Assembly (NCBI GenBank): GCA_963843795.1
Contig: CAWJLW010000005.1
Coordinates: 1-64,000 of the forward strand
From: an uncultured bacterium
Lineage (GTDB): Bacteria; Armatimonadota; Abditibacteriia; Abditibacteriales; Abditibacteriaceae
DNA: 64,000 nucleotides
Direction of reading: 5' to 3'
The translations under genes were made by a program, and so were the position numbers. This document shows, one piece after another, positions 38,754 to 48,443 of the stretch. The notes under the pieces were generated by a model. That model did not search any database. It was not told where the DNA came from and was given only the letters and a program-made list of their open reading frames with translations. Each line of letters opens with the position of its first letter. Within the stretch, counting starts at the first letter, position 1.

Positions 38754-40559
38754 TCACATCTCCTTTTGTTGCAGTCGGTAAATTTGAAAGCCCGCGCGTT
38801 CGAGCGAAGCGGGAATTTCGCGTACGGCTTGGCGATTCCACTCGCGCGTCGCTTCGGGCAGTTCGTCCCACGTTAACAAACTCGGATTTGTCTTTTTCGC
38901 TTCGTCGCGCGGCCCATAACTCCAGCCTTGCGCGCGCCGCTCCGCGCACCAACGTTCGTGCTCCATGCGAGCCATTCGCTCGGTTTCCTGGGGCGCAAAT
39001 GGAAACTCGGCCGCGTTCCAATCGGCCAGAGGAACGATGTCACAATCGATGGCTTTGAGCTTTTCGCTGATATGATTGGCCTGACTGCGATTTAATTCTT
39101 TGATTGCTTCCGGCAATTTATCCCATGGTGCCAGAGCGGGATTTTGGGCTGCTTGTTCGTCGGATTGATGTTCGCTCAAGTACTTTTCGTGCAGGGCGCG
39201 CGCCAGAATTTCATTGGTGCCGCCCAACACCAGATCGGGCTGGCAGCTTTGTTCCAACAGGCCAATCGCGTGCAAGCTGCCAAAACGCATACCTTCTTCA
39301 TTCTGGTCGTTGATGCCTCGCAGCAGCGTGGCCAAACCAGCGTCCTGCGTCATGCGCACCACAATCGGCACGTTTGCGCTGCCGATGCGATGATGCAAGG
39401 CCAGCGCCGCCGAAAGGGCCAGCGCATCGTTATCGACGCACACATAAATTTGCGTTACATCGCACGCGCCGTCTTTATTGAACAGAAATGCACCGCGATG
39501 AAAGTTGGGCGAATCGACATCAAGTGCGTGCGTGTCGATCTGACAAACTTCTTCCAGTTCGGGATGGCGCAAGTGTAAAAAATCTTTGATCGTCTCGGTA
39601 TTGCGATCAATTAAGGTCACGCGCAAGCGCTCGCTTGGAACCACCGAATTTGGAGCGCTCGAGCGATGCCAGTCGCGCCAACTGCGCGCGGCATGGACCA
39701 CCAAACTTTGCCCCAAACGTCCGCCGCCCACAATGAGCAAATGCGGCTTTTGGGTTGTGCTTTGGTTTGTGGCGACTTTAAGATGTGTTGAGAACGGCGG
39801 ATAGGTTTCTAAAAGTGCGCGCGCGCTGATGTCATAAACATTGAAAAACTGTAGTCGAAACGTTCCAGCCATCGCGATTTCCCATTTGCGCAGCAAATAC
39901 CACAGCTCGGGATCGACGATGTGCGTGCTGCACGTCAGCACATGATTGGGATTCTCGTTGGCCACTTCGCGCGCGTGGGCGGCAATTTCGGCATTTGCCC
40001 CATCGTCGCCGCACACTGCAATAAGAGTACGCGCTTCGGCCACGCGCGCCATTTTCAAGGTTTCGGGTTCGCGCGCATCGCCGACTAGAACAAAGGCGCC
40101 TTGCTCGCGGCACACGTTTAAAAATTCGTTGTTTTCGTTTTTCTCGATCACCACAACTGCTTGTCCACGCGCGTGAAAACTTCTGGCCAGCAGCAAGCCT
40201 TTTTCGCCCAGACCGCAAATCACAACGTGCCCACTCAAGCGGCGCAAGCGCAACAACTGCAATTGATCGTTTTTGACGAAGTAGGCGGCGATGGCCGCAG
40301 TCGAGATGCCCAGCGTGCCAATGCCCGCAAACATCAGAAAAATCGCCAGCAAACGCCCACCTGCCGTCTTGGGGAAAATATCGCCGTAGCCGATGGTCGT
40401 GATGGTCACCAGAGCCCACCAAAACGAATCCCAAATCGTCAGGTCGGGAGTGTTAGGCTTCTCAAAAAAGTAAAAGCCAAACGCGCCGCACGTTGTGACG
40501 ACCGCGACGACGGCCAAAATTTCGAGCAGCAGCGAGCGGCGTTGATTATCGTTATTCAT
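38754..40559 (-). CDS. Potassium channel (2-TM pore) - tandem RCK/TrkA-N - RyR domain fusion
   Basis: Selectivity filter 'WWALVTITTIGYGD'; Rossmann motifs 'VVICGLGEKG' and 'LLIVGGGRLG'; RyR-like 'ARMEHERWCAERRAQGWSYG...NPSLLTWDELPE'. Confidence 0.88.
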   Translation of the reverse strand: MNNDNQRRSLLLEILAVVAVVTTCGAFGFYFFEKPNTPDLTIWDSFWWALVTITTIGYGDIFPKTAGGRLLAIFLMFAGIGTLGISTAAIAAYFVKNDQLQLLRLRRLSGHVVICGLGEKGLLLARSFHARGQAVVVIEKNENNEFLNVCREQGAFVLVGDAREPETLKMARVAEARTLIAVCGDDGANAEIAAHAREVANENPNHVLTCSTHIVDPELWYLLRKWEIAMAGTFRLQFFNVYDISARALLETYPPFSTHLKVATNQSTTQKPHLLIVGGGRLGQSLVVHAARSWRDWHRSSAPNSVVPSERLRVTLIDRNTETIKDFLHLRHPELEEVCQIDTHALDVDSPNFHRGAFLFNKDGACDVTQIYVCVDNDALALSAALALHHRIGSANVPIVVRMTQDAGLATLLRGINDQNEEGMRFGSLHAIGLLEQSCQPDLVLGGTNEILARALHEKYLSEHQSDEQAAQNPALAPWDKLPEAIKELNRSQANHISEKLKAIDCDIVPLADWNAAEFPFAPQETERMARMEHERWCAERRAQGWSYGPRDEAKKTNPSLLTWDELPEATREWNRQAVREIPASLERAGFQIYRLQQKEM

Positions 40560-41428
40560 TCATCGAGCATTTGAATGGCTTGTTTCAAACTGCGGTGCAT
40601 ACGGTTGAACGAACCAGCCAATACTGAAATTTCGTCGTGTCCGCTCACTTTCACATCTTCGACTTCCATGTTCCCTTTGCTAATTTCATCGGCGATGCGC
40701 GAAAGCTGCGTGACAGGCGCGATCACGATATAGCGCAGCATGATATTGAGCGCGATAAGGGTGAAACCGAACACGCCGACCAAAGAAATCAGCAGGGCTT
40801 TAAAAGCTTGATTGGCGATGCCAACTGGCACCGCAGTCGGCACGGCAAGTACTTGCGCGCCAATGGTTTCGTTCAATTTCCAGCCAAATCCATTCTTCTT
40901 ACCGTAAACCGCTAGTTGCGTCGGTGGCGCAATTTTGGGTGTGGTGTGGCAAGTTAGACAACTTTTTTCCTTAACCACAATCGGCCGGGCCAGATAAAGA
41001 TAATCGCCTTTTTCCGTTGTGCGAATGCCGATGATTTCGGTTTTGCTTTTATCTTTGCGAAATTCATTGACGATATTGGCTTCCCAAGGCGCGGCCAAAT
41101 CGCGCAGATTGGTCGGATTCAGCGTGGCTTCCTTGTAGAAATAATCGGGATATTTCTTGCGCAGATAAGTAAAGTTTTCCGTCGCCGCGTAAGCCGGCAC
41201 AGTTTGCGGCACGAAGCGATCTTTCAATTGCGCGTTTAGTAAGGGTTTAATTTGCTTGGTGGTATAAGAGCGCGAAGCCATCGCGGTTTCCATCATAATG
41301 CGCGCGTTGCGCACCACTTCTTCGCGGGCGTTGCGCTGCAAAAGCGCATAGGCAAAATAGCCCGATGACAGCAAACCCAGCGAAAACACGGCGATAAATA
41401 CCAGATTAAATTTGGTCAATAATTTCAT
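40556..41428 (-). CDS. Membrane-anchored c-type heme (DUF3365/Tll0287-like) sensor with HAMP domain and no output domain
   Basis: Two TM helices flank 'YKEATLNPTN.RD' and the CLTCH heme motif; C-terminal HAMP 'PVTQLSRIADEISKGN...DEISVLAGSFNRM'. Confidence 0.85.
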   Translation of the reverse strand: MKLLTKFNLVFIAVFSLGLLSSGYFAYALLQRNAREEVVRNARIMMETAMASRSYTTKQIKPLLNAQLKDRFVPQTVPAYAATENFTYLRKKYPDYFYKEATLNPTNLRDLAAPWEANIVNEFRKDKSKTEIIGIRTTEKGDYLYLARPIVVKEKSCLTCHTTPKIAPPTQLAVYGKKNGFGWKLNETIGAQVLAVPTAVPVGIANQAFKALLISLVGVFGFTLIALNIMLRYIVIAPVTQLSRIADEISKGNMEVEDVKVSGHDEISVLAGSFNRMHRSLKQAIQMLDE

Positions 41429-41458
41429 AAAAGCTGCCTGGCAAGTACTTGCAGCGCA

Positions 41459-42364
41459 TTATTTGGGCGCGGCCTGTAGAAAACGCGTGCGCTCGGCGCC
41501 CTCGGGAATATTTTCGGCTAAAGATTGATACAATTCGCGCAAATTGTTGGTGCGGGCCGCGCGCCTTTTCACTAAAACGCGCGCCAGAGGCCCGATGTAT
41601 TGCGCCAGTTCGCGCTCAATTGTTTTCAAACTTTGCTCCGTCCACGCCGCAGAAACATCGGTTTTTGCACTGGTGTGCAGCGCGGCGCGACAGCGTTCTT
41701 CCAAGGTTTTTCGTTCCATTTCATCGGCCAAATGGGGCGCCAAAAGCTCGAAAAGTTCATCGAGATCGGTCGCTTTCACTGCCGCTTTGCGCACCAACAA
41801 TCGGCCCAATGGCCCGATGAGCGCGCACAGTTGTGTTTCAATCGTTTTCAAAACCTCGGCGTCCCATTCTGTCGCGGGCACAACGGCAATTGGTGTGGAT
41901 GCCGGCGTTGGTTCTGTCGTTGGTGGTGCGGCTGGCGTTACATTGTCATCGTCTCTTTGAGTGGCTTGAAGAAGAGCGGCCAACGTGTCGGCGAGCTTTT
42001 GCAGATGTTTTTCCAAAGGCGGCGTCATGGCGTCCAGCCAGTGCGGCGTGCCGATGAAATACTGCATATGTTTGGACAGCGGAAATTCTTCCATACGCAC
42101 CGGCAGAATGGGAATGCCTTTGCCAACCGCGACTTGCAATTCGCGCTTCACTTGCTCGGAATTGTTGGACGCCGCCGAAAGCAGCAGCAAAAAAACGCGA
42201 CATCCGCTGAGCGCGTCGATAATGGCATCGCTCCAATCTACGCCGGGCATAATATCGCGCGGCGCGATCCAGCAACGAATGCCGCGAGCTTCCACTTTCG
42301 CGCACACAGCATCGGCTGCGGGCTTATCTACTGTTGAGTAACTAATGAAAACGTCGTGTGCCAT
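41459..42364 (-). CDS. TIR-domain protein with two C-terminal helical repeats
   Basis: 'HDVFISYS..D...A', 'CWIAPRDIMPG..W', 'SEQVKRELQ' (catalytic-position Glu); repeats 'IGPLGRLLVRKAA' and 'IGPLARVLVKRRA'. ATG at 42364. Confidence 0.9.
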   Translation of the reverse strand: MAHDVFISYSTVDKPAADAVCAKVEARGIRCWIAPRDIMPGVDWSDAIIDALSGCRVFLLLLSAASNNSEQVKRELQVAVGKGIPILPVRMEEFPLSKHMQYFIGTPHWLDAMTPPLEKHLQKLADTLAALLQATQRDDDNVTPAAPPTTEPTPASTPIAVVPATEWDAEVLKTIETQLCALIGPLGRLLVRKAAVKATDLDELFELLAPHLADEMERKTLEERCRAALHTSAKTDVSAAWTEQSLKTIERELAQYIGPLARVLVKRRAARTNNLRELYQSLAENIPEGAERTRFLQAAPK

Positions 42365-42415
42365 GAAAATTGATGTGTTGCAAGTACTTGCAGTGCCGCA
42401 TTTAACACGGCACAT

Positions 42416-44656
42416 TTAAAACGGCAGTCGCGGACGTTTAATGCCGCCGCCGATGATGTCGATAGGCGAAGGTCGGAAGTTGGGTAATGTCATTAATTTT
42501 TGTACTTCTGAAGGCAGGAAATTGCGCAGATTAGTATCGACGCCCGCTAACTGAAGTACTTTGAGCGCCTGCTTGAGGTCGGGCGTGATTTCGCGCGCGT
42601 CTTCGAGATAAGCTGCCGAAGCTTGTTCGTGCTCCTTCGAATCCTCGCCCTTCGATTCTGTGGCTTGCTGTTGATGGAGTGCGGCCAACGCCACGTTCAA
42701 GCCAGCAACTTCGTCGCGGTCGGTCGCCGCGCCGCGATTGGCGTTGGCCATGACATATTCCTGTTGCGCGCGTTCGGTTTCGCCCAGCAAATGATAACAG
42801 TAAGCCATTTCGCGATGCGCTTCGTAGAAATCCGGGCGCAGCTTCAAGGCTTGTTGCAGCGAAGGAATGGCGCGCTGCGCTTCGGCCTTACGCTCGGATT
42901 CGTCTGGGGCAAACTGCGCGTAATAGCGAATTCCATAACCCATCCCATATTGATTGGAAGCGTCTTCGGGCTCGCCAATAACTGCCGCCGAGAACGCTTT
43001 TATCACGTCGCTTTTGTTCTTCCCTTTGGGATCGGCAACGACCAGCGCAAAGCCCAATGCCAACTGCGAGCGAGCCGAATCGGGCGCGATTTTCAAGGCT
43101 TCTTCAGCGGCCAAAACTGCCATCGCCGCCGCATCTTCGCCTTTTTTTGGCACGCCAAAAGAATTTTTATCGCGCTTTTTGATGAGTTTGGCGTTATCCT
43201 TGGTGCCCAACTTCACCGCCATCGCCGTATAAGCGCGCGATAGAAGGCTTAACGTGCGCTCTGAAGGCGACAGTTGTGCGTTCATTTGCAGCAGCGTATT
43301 GAGCGCGTCTTGCGGGTTGCCCAAACGTTGCTGCACTTGCGCCAAACGTTCGTAGGCGGGCGCATATTTTGGAGTTGCGCGCAACACCGCGCTGTAACCT
43401 GCGCTTGCGACTTCCCACTGACCCAGAGCTTCGGCATTCAAAGCGCGCTGATAAAGCGCCAGTGTAGTGTCTTCGGCTCCGGCACTGCGGCTGTCGGGCA
43501 GCAGGCGGATCGTCATCTGAAATTGATAACCGGCGGGCACCTTGACGGGACGTTCCTGCGTGATGTAACCGGGCGCTTCCACTTTCACCATCGAAGCACC
43601 GTCGCCCGATAACGTCACTACGGTCGGTGCAATTCCGGCTTTACGACCGTCCACCGTAACGATGGCGCCTTCAGGAAACGTCGTCAGTGCCAATGTGGGC
43701 GGAGCGGGTTGGACCGGCGTAGCATTGACTGGGCGCTTCACCCGAATCAAAGTCACCGGCTGCGGCTGATTGGTGATGGGATCGCTAAGAATGTTCTGCG
43801 GCGTTTGCTGCACACCGTCGAATTCTTCTCCGACATCGGTGGCAATGGCCGCCGAGCGTCCGCCCGAAGCTTCGTGCGCCCAACTTGCGACTTTATCGGA
43901 TACATATTTGGAAAGTCGGGCCATACCCACTGTACCATCGGGTTCAGGCACTGGTCCTGCGTTCAGCGCATCCAAAATCCAATAGGTGAAAACACCGTGT
44001 TCCAATTTCGGATCTTCATAAGCGCGTTGCCCGACGGCGCAGGCGAAGAAAGTGACGACCGTCGTCGGTTTTTCCATATCTTGCGGCATGAACTGCAATC
44101 CCCGACTTAACACATCGGATAATTGATTGCCTTTGATGCCGCGTCCCGGAGTCGGGTCATCGCGGCACGCATCGACGAACAGCACGAATTGCGAGGCTGG
44201 CAGTTGTCCCAGCTTCGTTGCAAGTACTTGCAGGCTCACTGCGGAAGCATCAAGCGCGGGCGTTGTCAGGCCGTTGGTATCGGTGGCGAGCAGATAACTT
44301 TTGGCACTGGCTCCCATCCCTTTAGCGACGCCATGACCGGCCATGAAAATGATCACGCTATCGCCAGTTTTAACGTTGGGCTTGAGGAAATTATCAACCG
44401 CGCCCATGATGTTAGTCGCTGTGGCTGTTTCATCGGTGAGTAAACGCACATGATCGGCGGGCAGGTTGCCCAGTTGTGGGTCAAGTAGCGCGTCGCTGAT
44501 GCCGGTCGCATCGGCAGCGGGAAAGCGCAGCGAAGAAATGAAATTGCTTTGATATTTGCTGATGCCAATTAGCAGGGCCCACGTTTCGGCGGCGTGTGCT
44601 GTTGAAGCCAGCGTGAAACTGCATAAAACCAACCAGATTGATAATCGAAGTCGCAT
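42416..44656 (-). CDS. Exported caspase-like (C14) protease with PEGA and TPR domains
   Basis: Signal peptide; 'WALLIGISKY', 'FMAGHG', 'FVDACR', 'HGVFTYWIL'; PEGA 'TFPEGAIVTVDG..G..P'; TPR-like helices. Confidence 0.88.
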   Translation of the reverse strand: MRLRLSIWLVLCSFTLASTAHAAETWALLIGISKYQSNFISSLRFPAADATGISDALLDPQLGNLPADHVRLLTDETATATNIMGAVDNFLKPNVKTGDSVIIFMAGHGVAKGMGASAKSYLLATDTNGLTTPALDASAVSLQVLATKLGQLPASQFVLFVDACRDDPTPGRGIKGNQLSDVLSRGLQFMPQDMEKPTTVVTFFACAVGQRAYEDPKLEHGVFTYWILDALNAGPVPEPDGTVGMARLSKYVSDKVASWAHEASGGRSAAIATDVGEEFDGVQQTPQNILSDPITNQPQPVTLIRVKRPVNATPVQPAPPTLALTTFPEGAIVTVDGRKAGIAPTVVTLSGDGASMVKVEAPGYITQERPVKVPAGYQFQMTIRLLPDSRSAGAEDTTLALYQRALNAEALGQWEVASAGYSAVLRATPKYAPAYERLAQVQQRLGNPQDALNTLLQMNAQLSPSERTLSLLSRAYTAMAVKLGTKDNAKLIKKRDKNSFGVPKKGEDAAAMAVLAAEEALKIAPDSARSQLALGFALVVADPKGKNKSDVIKAFSAAVIGEPEDASNQYGMGYGIRYYAQFAPDESERKAEAQRAIPSLQQALKLRPDFYEAHREMAYCYHLLGETERAQQEYVMANANRGAATDRDEVAGLNVALAALHQQQATESKGEDSKEHEQASAAYLEDAREITPDLKQALKVLQLAGVDTNLRNFLPSEVQKLMTLPNFRPSPIDIIGGGIKRPRLPF

Positions 44657-44746
44657 AACGACACCTCACAGCGAAACAAATTTTTGCCAAATCTCGATCA
44701 TTTTTCATTTTAACGCTCTGCAAGTACTTGCGAAGCGAGACATTTA

Positions 44747-45820
44747 TCAAGCGTCGCACCACTGCTCAATTTTGCTTTGCACCGCGCAACTAGAAGCGCG
44801 AATCAAAGCCATTTCCTCCTCGGTGCAACCATCCAGCGGCAACAATTGTTCGACCTTGTCGGCCACAATCAAGCGCGCGCCGCACGGCCCGCGCAAGCCC
44901 GATTCTCCCTCGTGTTGATACTGTGCGGCGACTTCAATCGAAGCGCCTTGCAACACTGCTTCCACCAAATCGACCGTTGCGTGAGAGGTCGCTACGACCG
45001 TTTTCGCCTCGGTGTAGTGCGTGGTCAGCGGCTTCAACGCTACGCGCAAATCGGGCGATAAAGTGGCGATATGTTCGTAAGCGCGCAGCGGTCCACTCTG
45101 CGTATCATCGTGCAGCATTCCAACGATGCGTTTGGTTTCTTCGCCTAAAATTGTCGGAAAATCGGCAGCGGGCGTCGCTGTGCGCTCGCAATAGGCAGCC
45201 CAATCGGCGAGGGCGAAGCCACTGACACGCGCACTGCTCCATAGGGGCACCAGTCCCGCCCCGTGTTCGCCCACGACGTAGCCGTGAACGCGCTGACGTC
45301 GCACCCCTAAATCGGCGGCGATTTCCTGTCGAAAACGCAGTGAATCGGAGTGCGCGCCCATTCCAATCACACTTTCTCGCGGCAAATGTCGAGTGAAAAT
45401 TTGCACGCCCAATTCGACCGGATTAGTCACGATAATCACCAGCGGCAGCGTGTCTTGCGCTCTCCGAGCGACCGCCTGGGCACACTGCTCAAAAATCGGT
45501 AAGTTACCCAAAGCTAATTCATCGCGCGAAGCATGATTAATTTGCGTCGGCGCGGTGGCGAAAGTGCGGCCCGCCGTCATGATCACGATATCGCCATTGA
45601 CGCTCTCGACATCATTGGCGACGGCGATCTGTGGCGCGATTTCGGCGTGCGCGTCCAGCAAATCGGCGCGCAAACCGTGCAGCAAATGCGGATGCGCACT
45701 GTGGGGATTGGCGTCCACCAGTTGCAACGTTTCGTGCGGTTCTAAATGGCGATCGCGAATAAGTTGAATGGCGATTTCGCGGCCTACGCCGCCCGAAGCG
45801 CCGATAATCGAAATGTTCAT
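44747..45820 (-). CDS. Lactate/malate dehydrogenase family protein
   Basis: 'ISIIGASGGVG', 'IVIMTAG', 'IVTNPVE', 'DSLRF', 'VGEHG'. Confidence 0.85.
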   Translation of the reverse strand: MNISIIGASGGVGREIAIQLIRDRHLEPHETLQLVDANPHSAHPHLLHGLRADLLDAHAEIAPQIAVANDVESVNGDIVIMTAGRTFATAPTQINHASRDELALGNLPIFEQCAQAVARRAQDTLPLVIIVTNPVELGVQIFTRHLPRESVIGMGAHSDSLRFRQEIAADLGVRRQRVHGYVVGEHGAGLVPLWSSARVSGFALADWAAYCERTATPAADFPTILGEETKRIVGMLHDDTQSGPLRAYEHIATLSPDLRVALKPLTTHYTEAKTVVATSHATVDLVEAVLQGASIEVAAQYQHEGESGLRGPCGARLIVADKVEQLLPLDGCTEEEMALIRASSCAVQSKIEQWCDA

Positions 45821-46314
45821 CGTTCACTCGCTTTTTGTGGCAGCGGTTGGCACAAAGCTAATACGTGCAGGAAAAATGCGAGCATCGAAGCGGGCGTGCG
45901 AATGACGTTCAAATTGTTCCACTGATTGCGCGTTTGCATCCAGTTGTCGGGTGGCGTGGGCGGCCATTTCATGATGATGTTGTTAATCGGCGCATTGAAA
46001 CCGACCGTCACCACGAAAACGCCCACGGTGAAAATCGCCAGCGCCCACAAAGTCAGGCCAAAGGCACGACTTTGTCGGTCGCGGCGTAGCGCAACCAGAA
46101 CAACAATGGGCGCTAACATGGCGATGATGACGATGGCGGGCACGACTGGCGGCTCGTCGGCGCCTCGAATCAAGCCTTGCATGATGCGCGTGTAATCGGG
46201 GCCGGTCAGCGTGACTAACATCCGCTGAATCACCAGCCAAAAAGTCAGCATCAAGCCGCTAAAAAGTCCGGTAAAAAAGATGGCAGTGATTTGCGCGCCG
46301 CGAACGAATTTCAT
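45817..46314 (-). CDS. DUF1772/anthrone oxygenase-like membrane protein
   Basis: Four TM helices; 'VTVGFNAPINN...W......W...RNQWNNLNVIRT'. Confidence 0.8.
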   Translation of the reverse strand: MKFVRGAQITAIFFTGLFSGLMLTFWLVIQRMLVTLTGPDYTRIMQGLIRGADEPPVVPAIVIIAMLAPIVVLVALRRDRQSRAFGLTLWALAIFTVGVFVVTVGFNAPINNIIMKWPPTPPDNWMQTRNQWNNLNVIRTPASMLAFFLHVLALCQPLPQKASER

Positions 46315-47282
46315 GATTTGGCTTCCTGATTTTGAGCGCGAAACCAGTTCACTGTTTGCTGCACGGCGTCGCGGTGTGGAGTGACATCAGCGCCAAAAGA
46401 GCGCTCGAATTTTTCGTGATTGAACTGATACGGTTTTTCCCACTGGTACAGGAGTTCGGCTAGTTCGCGCATAATGGGAACGACCGGTGAGAGCATTTTG
46501 AAAACAAAAGCGGGCGTTTCGCCCATTTTGGGCTTTTGTCCGGCGGCTTCAAAAATCATCGTCAGCAGTTCGCGCTGCGTTGGTGTGGGCGCGCACGGCA
46601 AATGCCAGACTTCTCCCAAGGCTTCCTCGCGTTCGCCCAATGTGGCCATACCGCGTCCGAAATCGTCGAGAAAAATAAAGGTGTGCGGCACATCGAGCTT
46701 GCCCATTACCGCGACTTTTTTGCCCTCGAGAGCCGGCTTGAAAACGCGGTCGCCGTAAATCGTAGTTACTGCCGCGCCCGGCCCATAAAAGTCTGGCGCA
46801 CGCGCAATCGTGGCGCGCACAGTTCCGGCTTGATGCGCGTCCATCAGCATATTCGCCATTTCGGCCCGAATCTGTCCTTTGCGCGTGGTCGCGGCATAGG
46901 GCAAATCTTCAGTCATCGGCCCATCCACTTCGCCATACATATAAATGCTTTCCGCGCTCACCAATTTGGCCTGCGCCGAGGCCGCGCCTTCGATGATGCC
47001 GCGTTGCATCGGGGGATACAATTTCGCCCAATCGGTATACGGCGGCGCGGCGCAATTATAAACCGTCGTCGCGCCTTTACAAACCTCGCGCGTCGAGGCC
47101 ACATCGGAAGCATCGCCGCGTACGCATTCCACAATGTCGGGCAGCGGAAATACCGGAGCACTGATTTTGCCCCCGCGACTGACCATGCGCACGCGCTTTC
47201 CGCGCCTTACCAGTTCGCGCATCACGGCCTGTCCCAGCGCCGCCGTGCCAAATATCACATGAGTTTCATCTGTGGGATTCAT
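46311..47282 (-). CDS. NAD-dependent epimerase/dehydratase (atypical SDR)
   Basis: 'VIFGTAALG', 'YMYG......TED', 'RKGQIRAEM', 'RAPDFYGPG'; GAGGTG RBS before ATG 47282. Confidence 0.85.
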   Translation of the reverse strand: MNPTDETHVIFGTAALGQAVMRELVRRGKRVRMVSRGGKISAPVFPLPDIVECVRGDASDVASTREVCKGATTVYNCAAPPYTDWAKLYPPMQRGIIEGAASAQAKLVSAESIYMYGEVDGPMTEDLPYAATTRKGQIRAEMANMLMDAHQAGTVRATIARAPDFYGPGAAVTTIYGDRVFKPALEGKKVAVMGKLDVPHTFIFLDDFGRGMATLGEREEALGEVWHLPCAPTPTQRELLTMIFEAAGQKPKMGETPAFVFKMLSPVVPIMRELAELLYQWEKPYQFNHEKFERSFGADVTPHRDAVQQTVNWFRAQNQEAKS

Positions 47283-47528
47283 CGGAATCACCTCGTGTCT
47301 TATCAAATCGTGTTGCAAGTACCTGCAATGTTAATTGCGGCTTATTAAGTGACAATTGGCAATCGCTCAGCTTTTCGTGGCGTTCGATTTCGTTCATGCG
47401 CTGTAACACGTTTCAAACGCTTCGGGCAGGTGGACATTAAGCAAATCCCCAAATGCAAACGGCTCCGGCAACGAAAAAAGCATTCGTCGCCAGAGCCGAA
47501 AGCAGAGTTATCGTGCGGCGTGCGAAGC

Positions 47529-48353
47529 TTACTGGCGTTGCACAAAGTTGTTCACGGATAGTCGATACGCTTGATTCACGCGGTCGGCGCGAATGTGATA
47601 GCTAGTCGGATAATAGCCCGATTTGGGATATTTGGCCGGCACGCCCAGAGGCGCGGTGATGTCGCGGTTTTGTAACAGAAATCTATTGGGCGTGCCCAAT
47701 GAAATGGAAGTCACATGGCCATTGAAATAGCGAAATTCGGACAGAGCAGTCGTAAATGGCGCTTCGTTAAATCCCGATTCAGCCGGATTAAAATAAATCG
47801 TGCCCAGCAGAGGAAAGAACGCGGCTGCGGGATCGGGCGGCGAAATAAAGCCAGCGGGAATTTCTGCAGAGTCGATAGGCGTGCTGTTGCCAGCCGCACC
47901 GGGCAGAATCTGCGCGCGTATCGCATCGGAAACCAACCAGAAATTCGGATGCAAATGCGGTACATCCTGAACGCCAGCGGGCGGATGGCCGGGCGTGTAA
48001 TAAAAAGTGACGGCCACAAAAGGCGTGGTAGCCAGCAGTTCCGCCGGAGGTGTAAGGTGAATTTCTGTCGCGATCTGACCTGCTGGCGGTTGCGGCAAAG
48101 CAGCGGTATTGGTCAACGCATCTTTGCTAATTTCAATGCCGACTTCCTGCGGCACGCTTTGCCTGCTGATGATATAAGCGCGCGCGGTACCGCCGCCAAA
48201 CGCTGTGGTCGGGCCAAAGGTGGTTTGCGAAGTGGGAATTGGCGTCGGAGTCGGCGCAATAACGCCTCCATTGTTGCCGTTGCAGCCGCCTAAAATCAGC
48301 GCGCAAGCTCCCAGAGCGCCGATCATCGAAGCAATTCTGGTTCGAATAAACAT
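47529..48353 (-). CDS. Lipoprotein, DUF5602-like paralog A
   Basis: Lipobox 'LGGC'; 'GHPPAGVQDVPHLHPNF'; C-terminal 'PAKYPKSGYYPTSY'. Confidence 0.72.
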   Translation of the reverse strand: MFIRTRIASMIGALGACALILGGCNGNNGGVIAPTPTPIPTSQTTFGPTTAFGGGTARAYIISRQSVPQEVGIEISKDALTNTAALPQPPAGQIATEIHLTPPAELLATTPFVAVTFYYTPGHPPAGVQDVPHLHPNFWLVSDAIRAQILPGAAGNSTPIDSAEIPAGFISPPDPAAAFFPLLGTIYFNPAESGFNEAPFTTALSEFRYFNGHVTSISLGTPNRFLLQNRDITAPLGVPAKYPKSGYYPTSYHIRADRVNQAYRLSVNNFVQRQ

Positions 48354-48443
48354 ACCTTTCCTCCTGACTTGAAAATGATTTGCGGCAAGTACTTGCAGTG
48401 TCTAATTTGGCCCTGCAAGTACTTGCAGGGCCAAATGCGCAAT

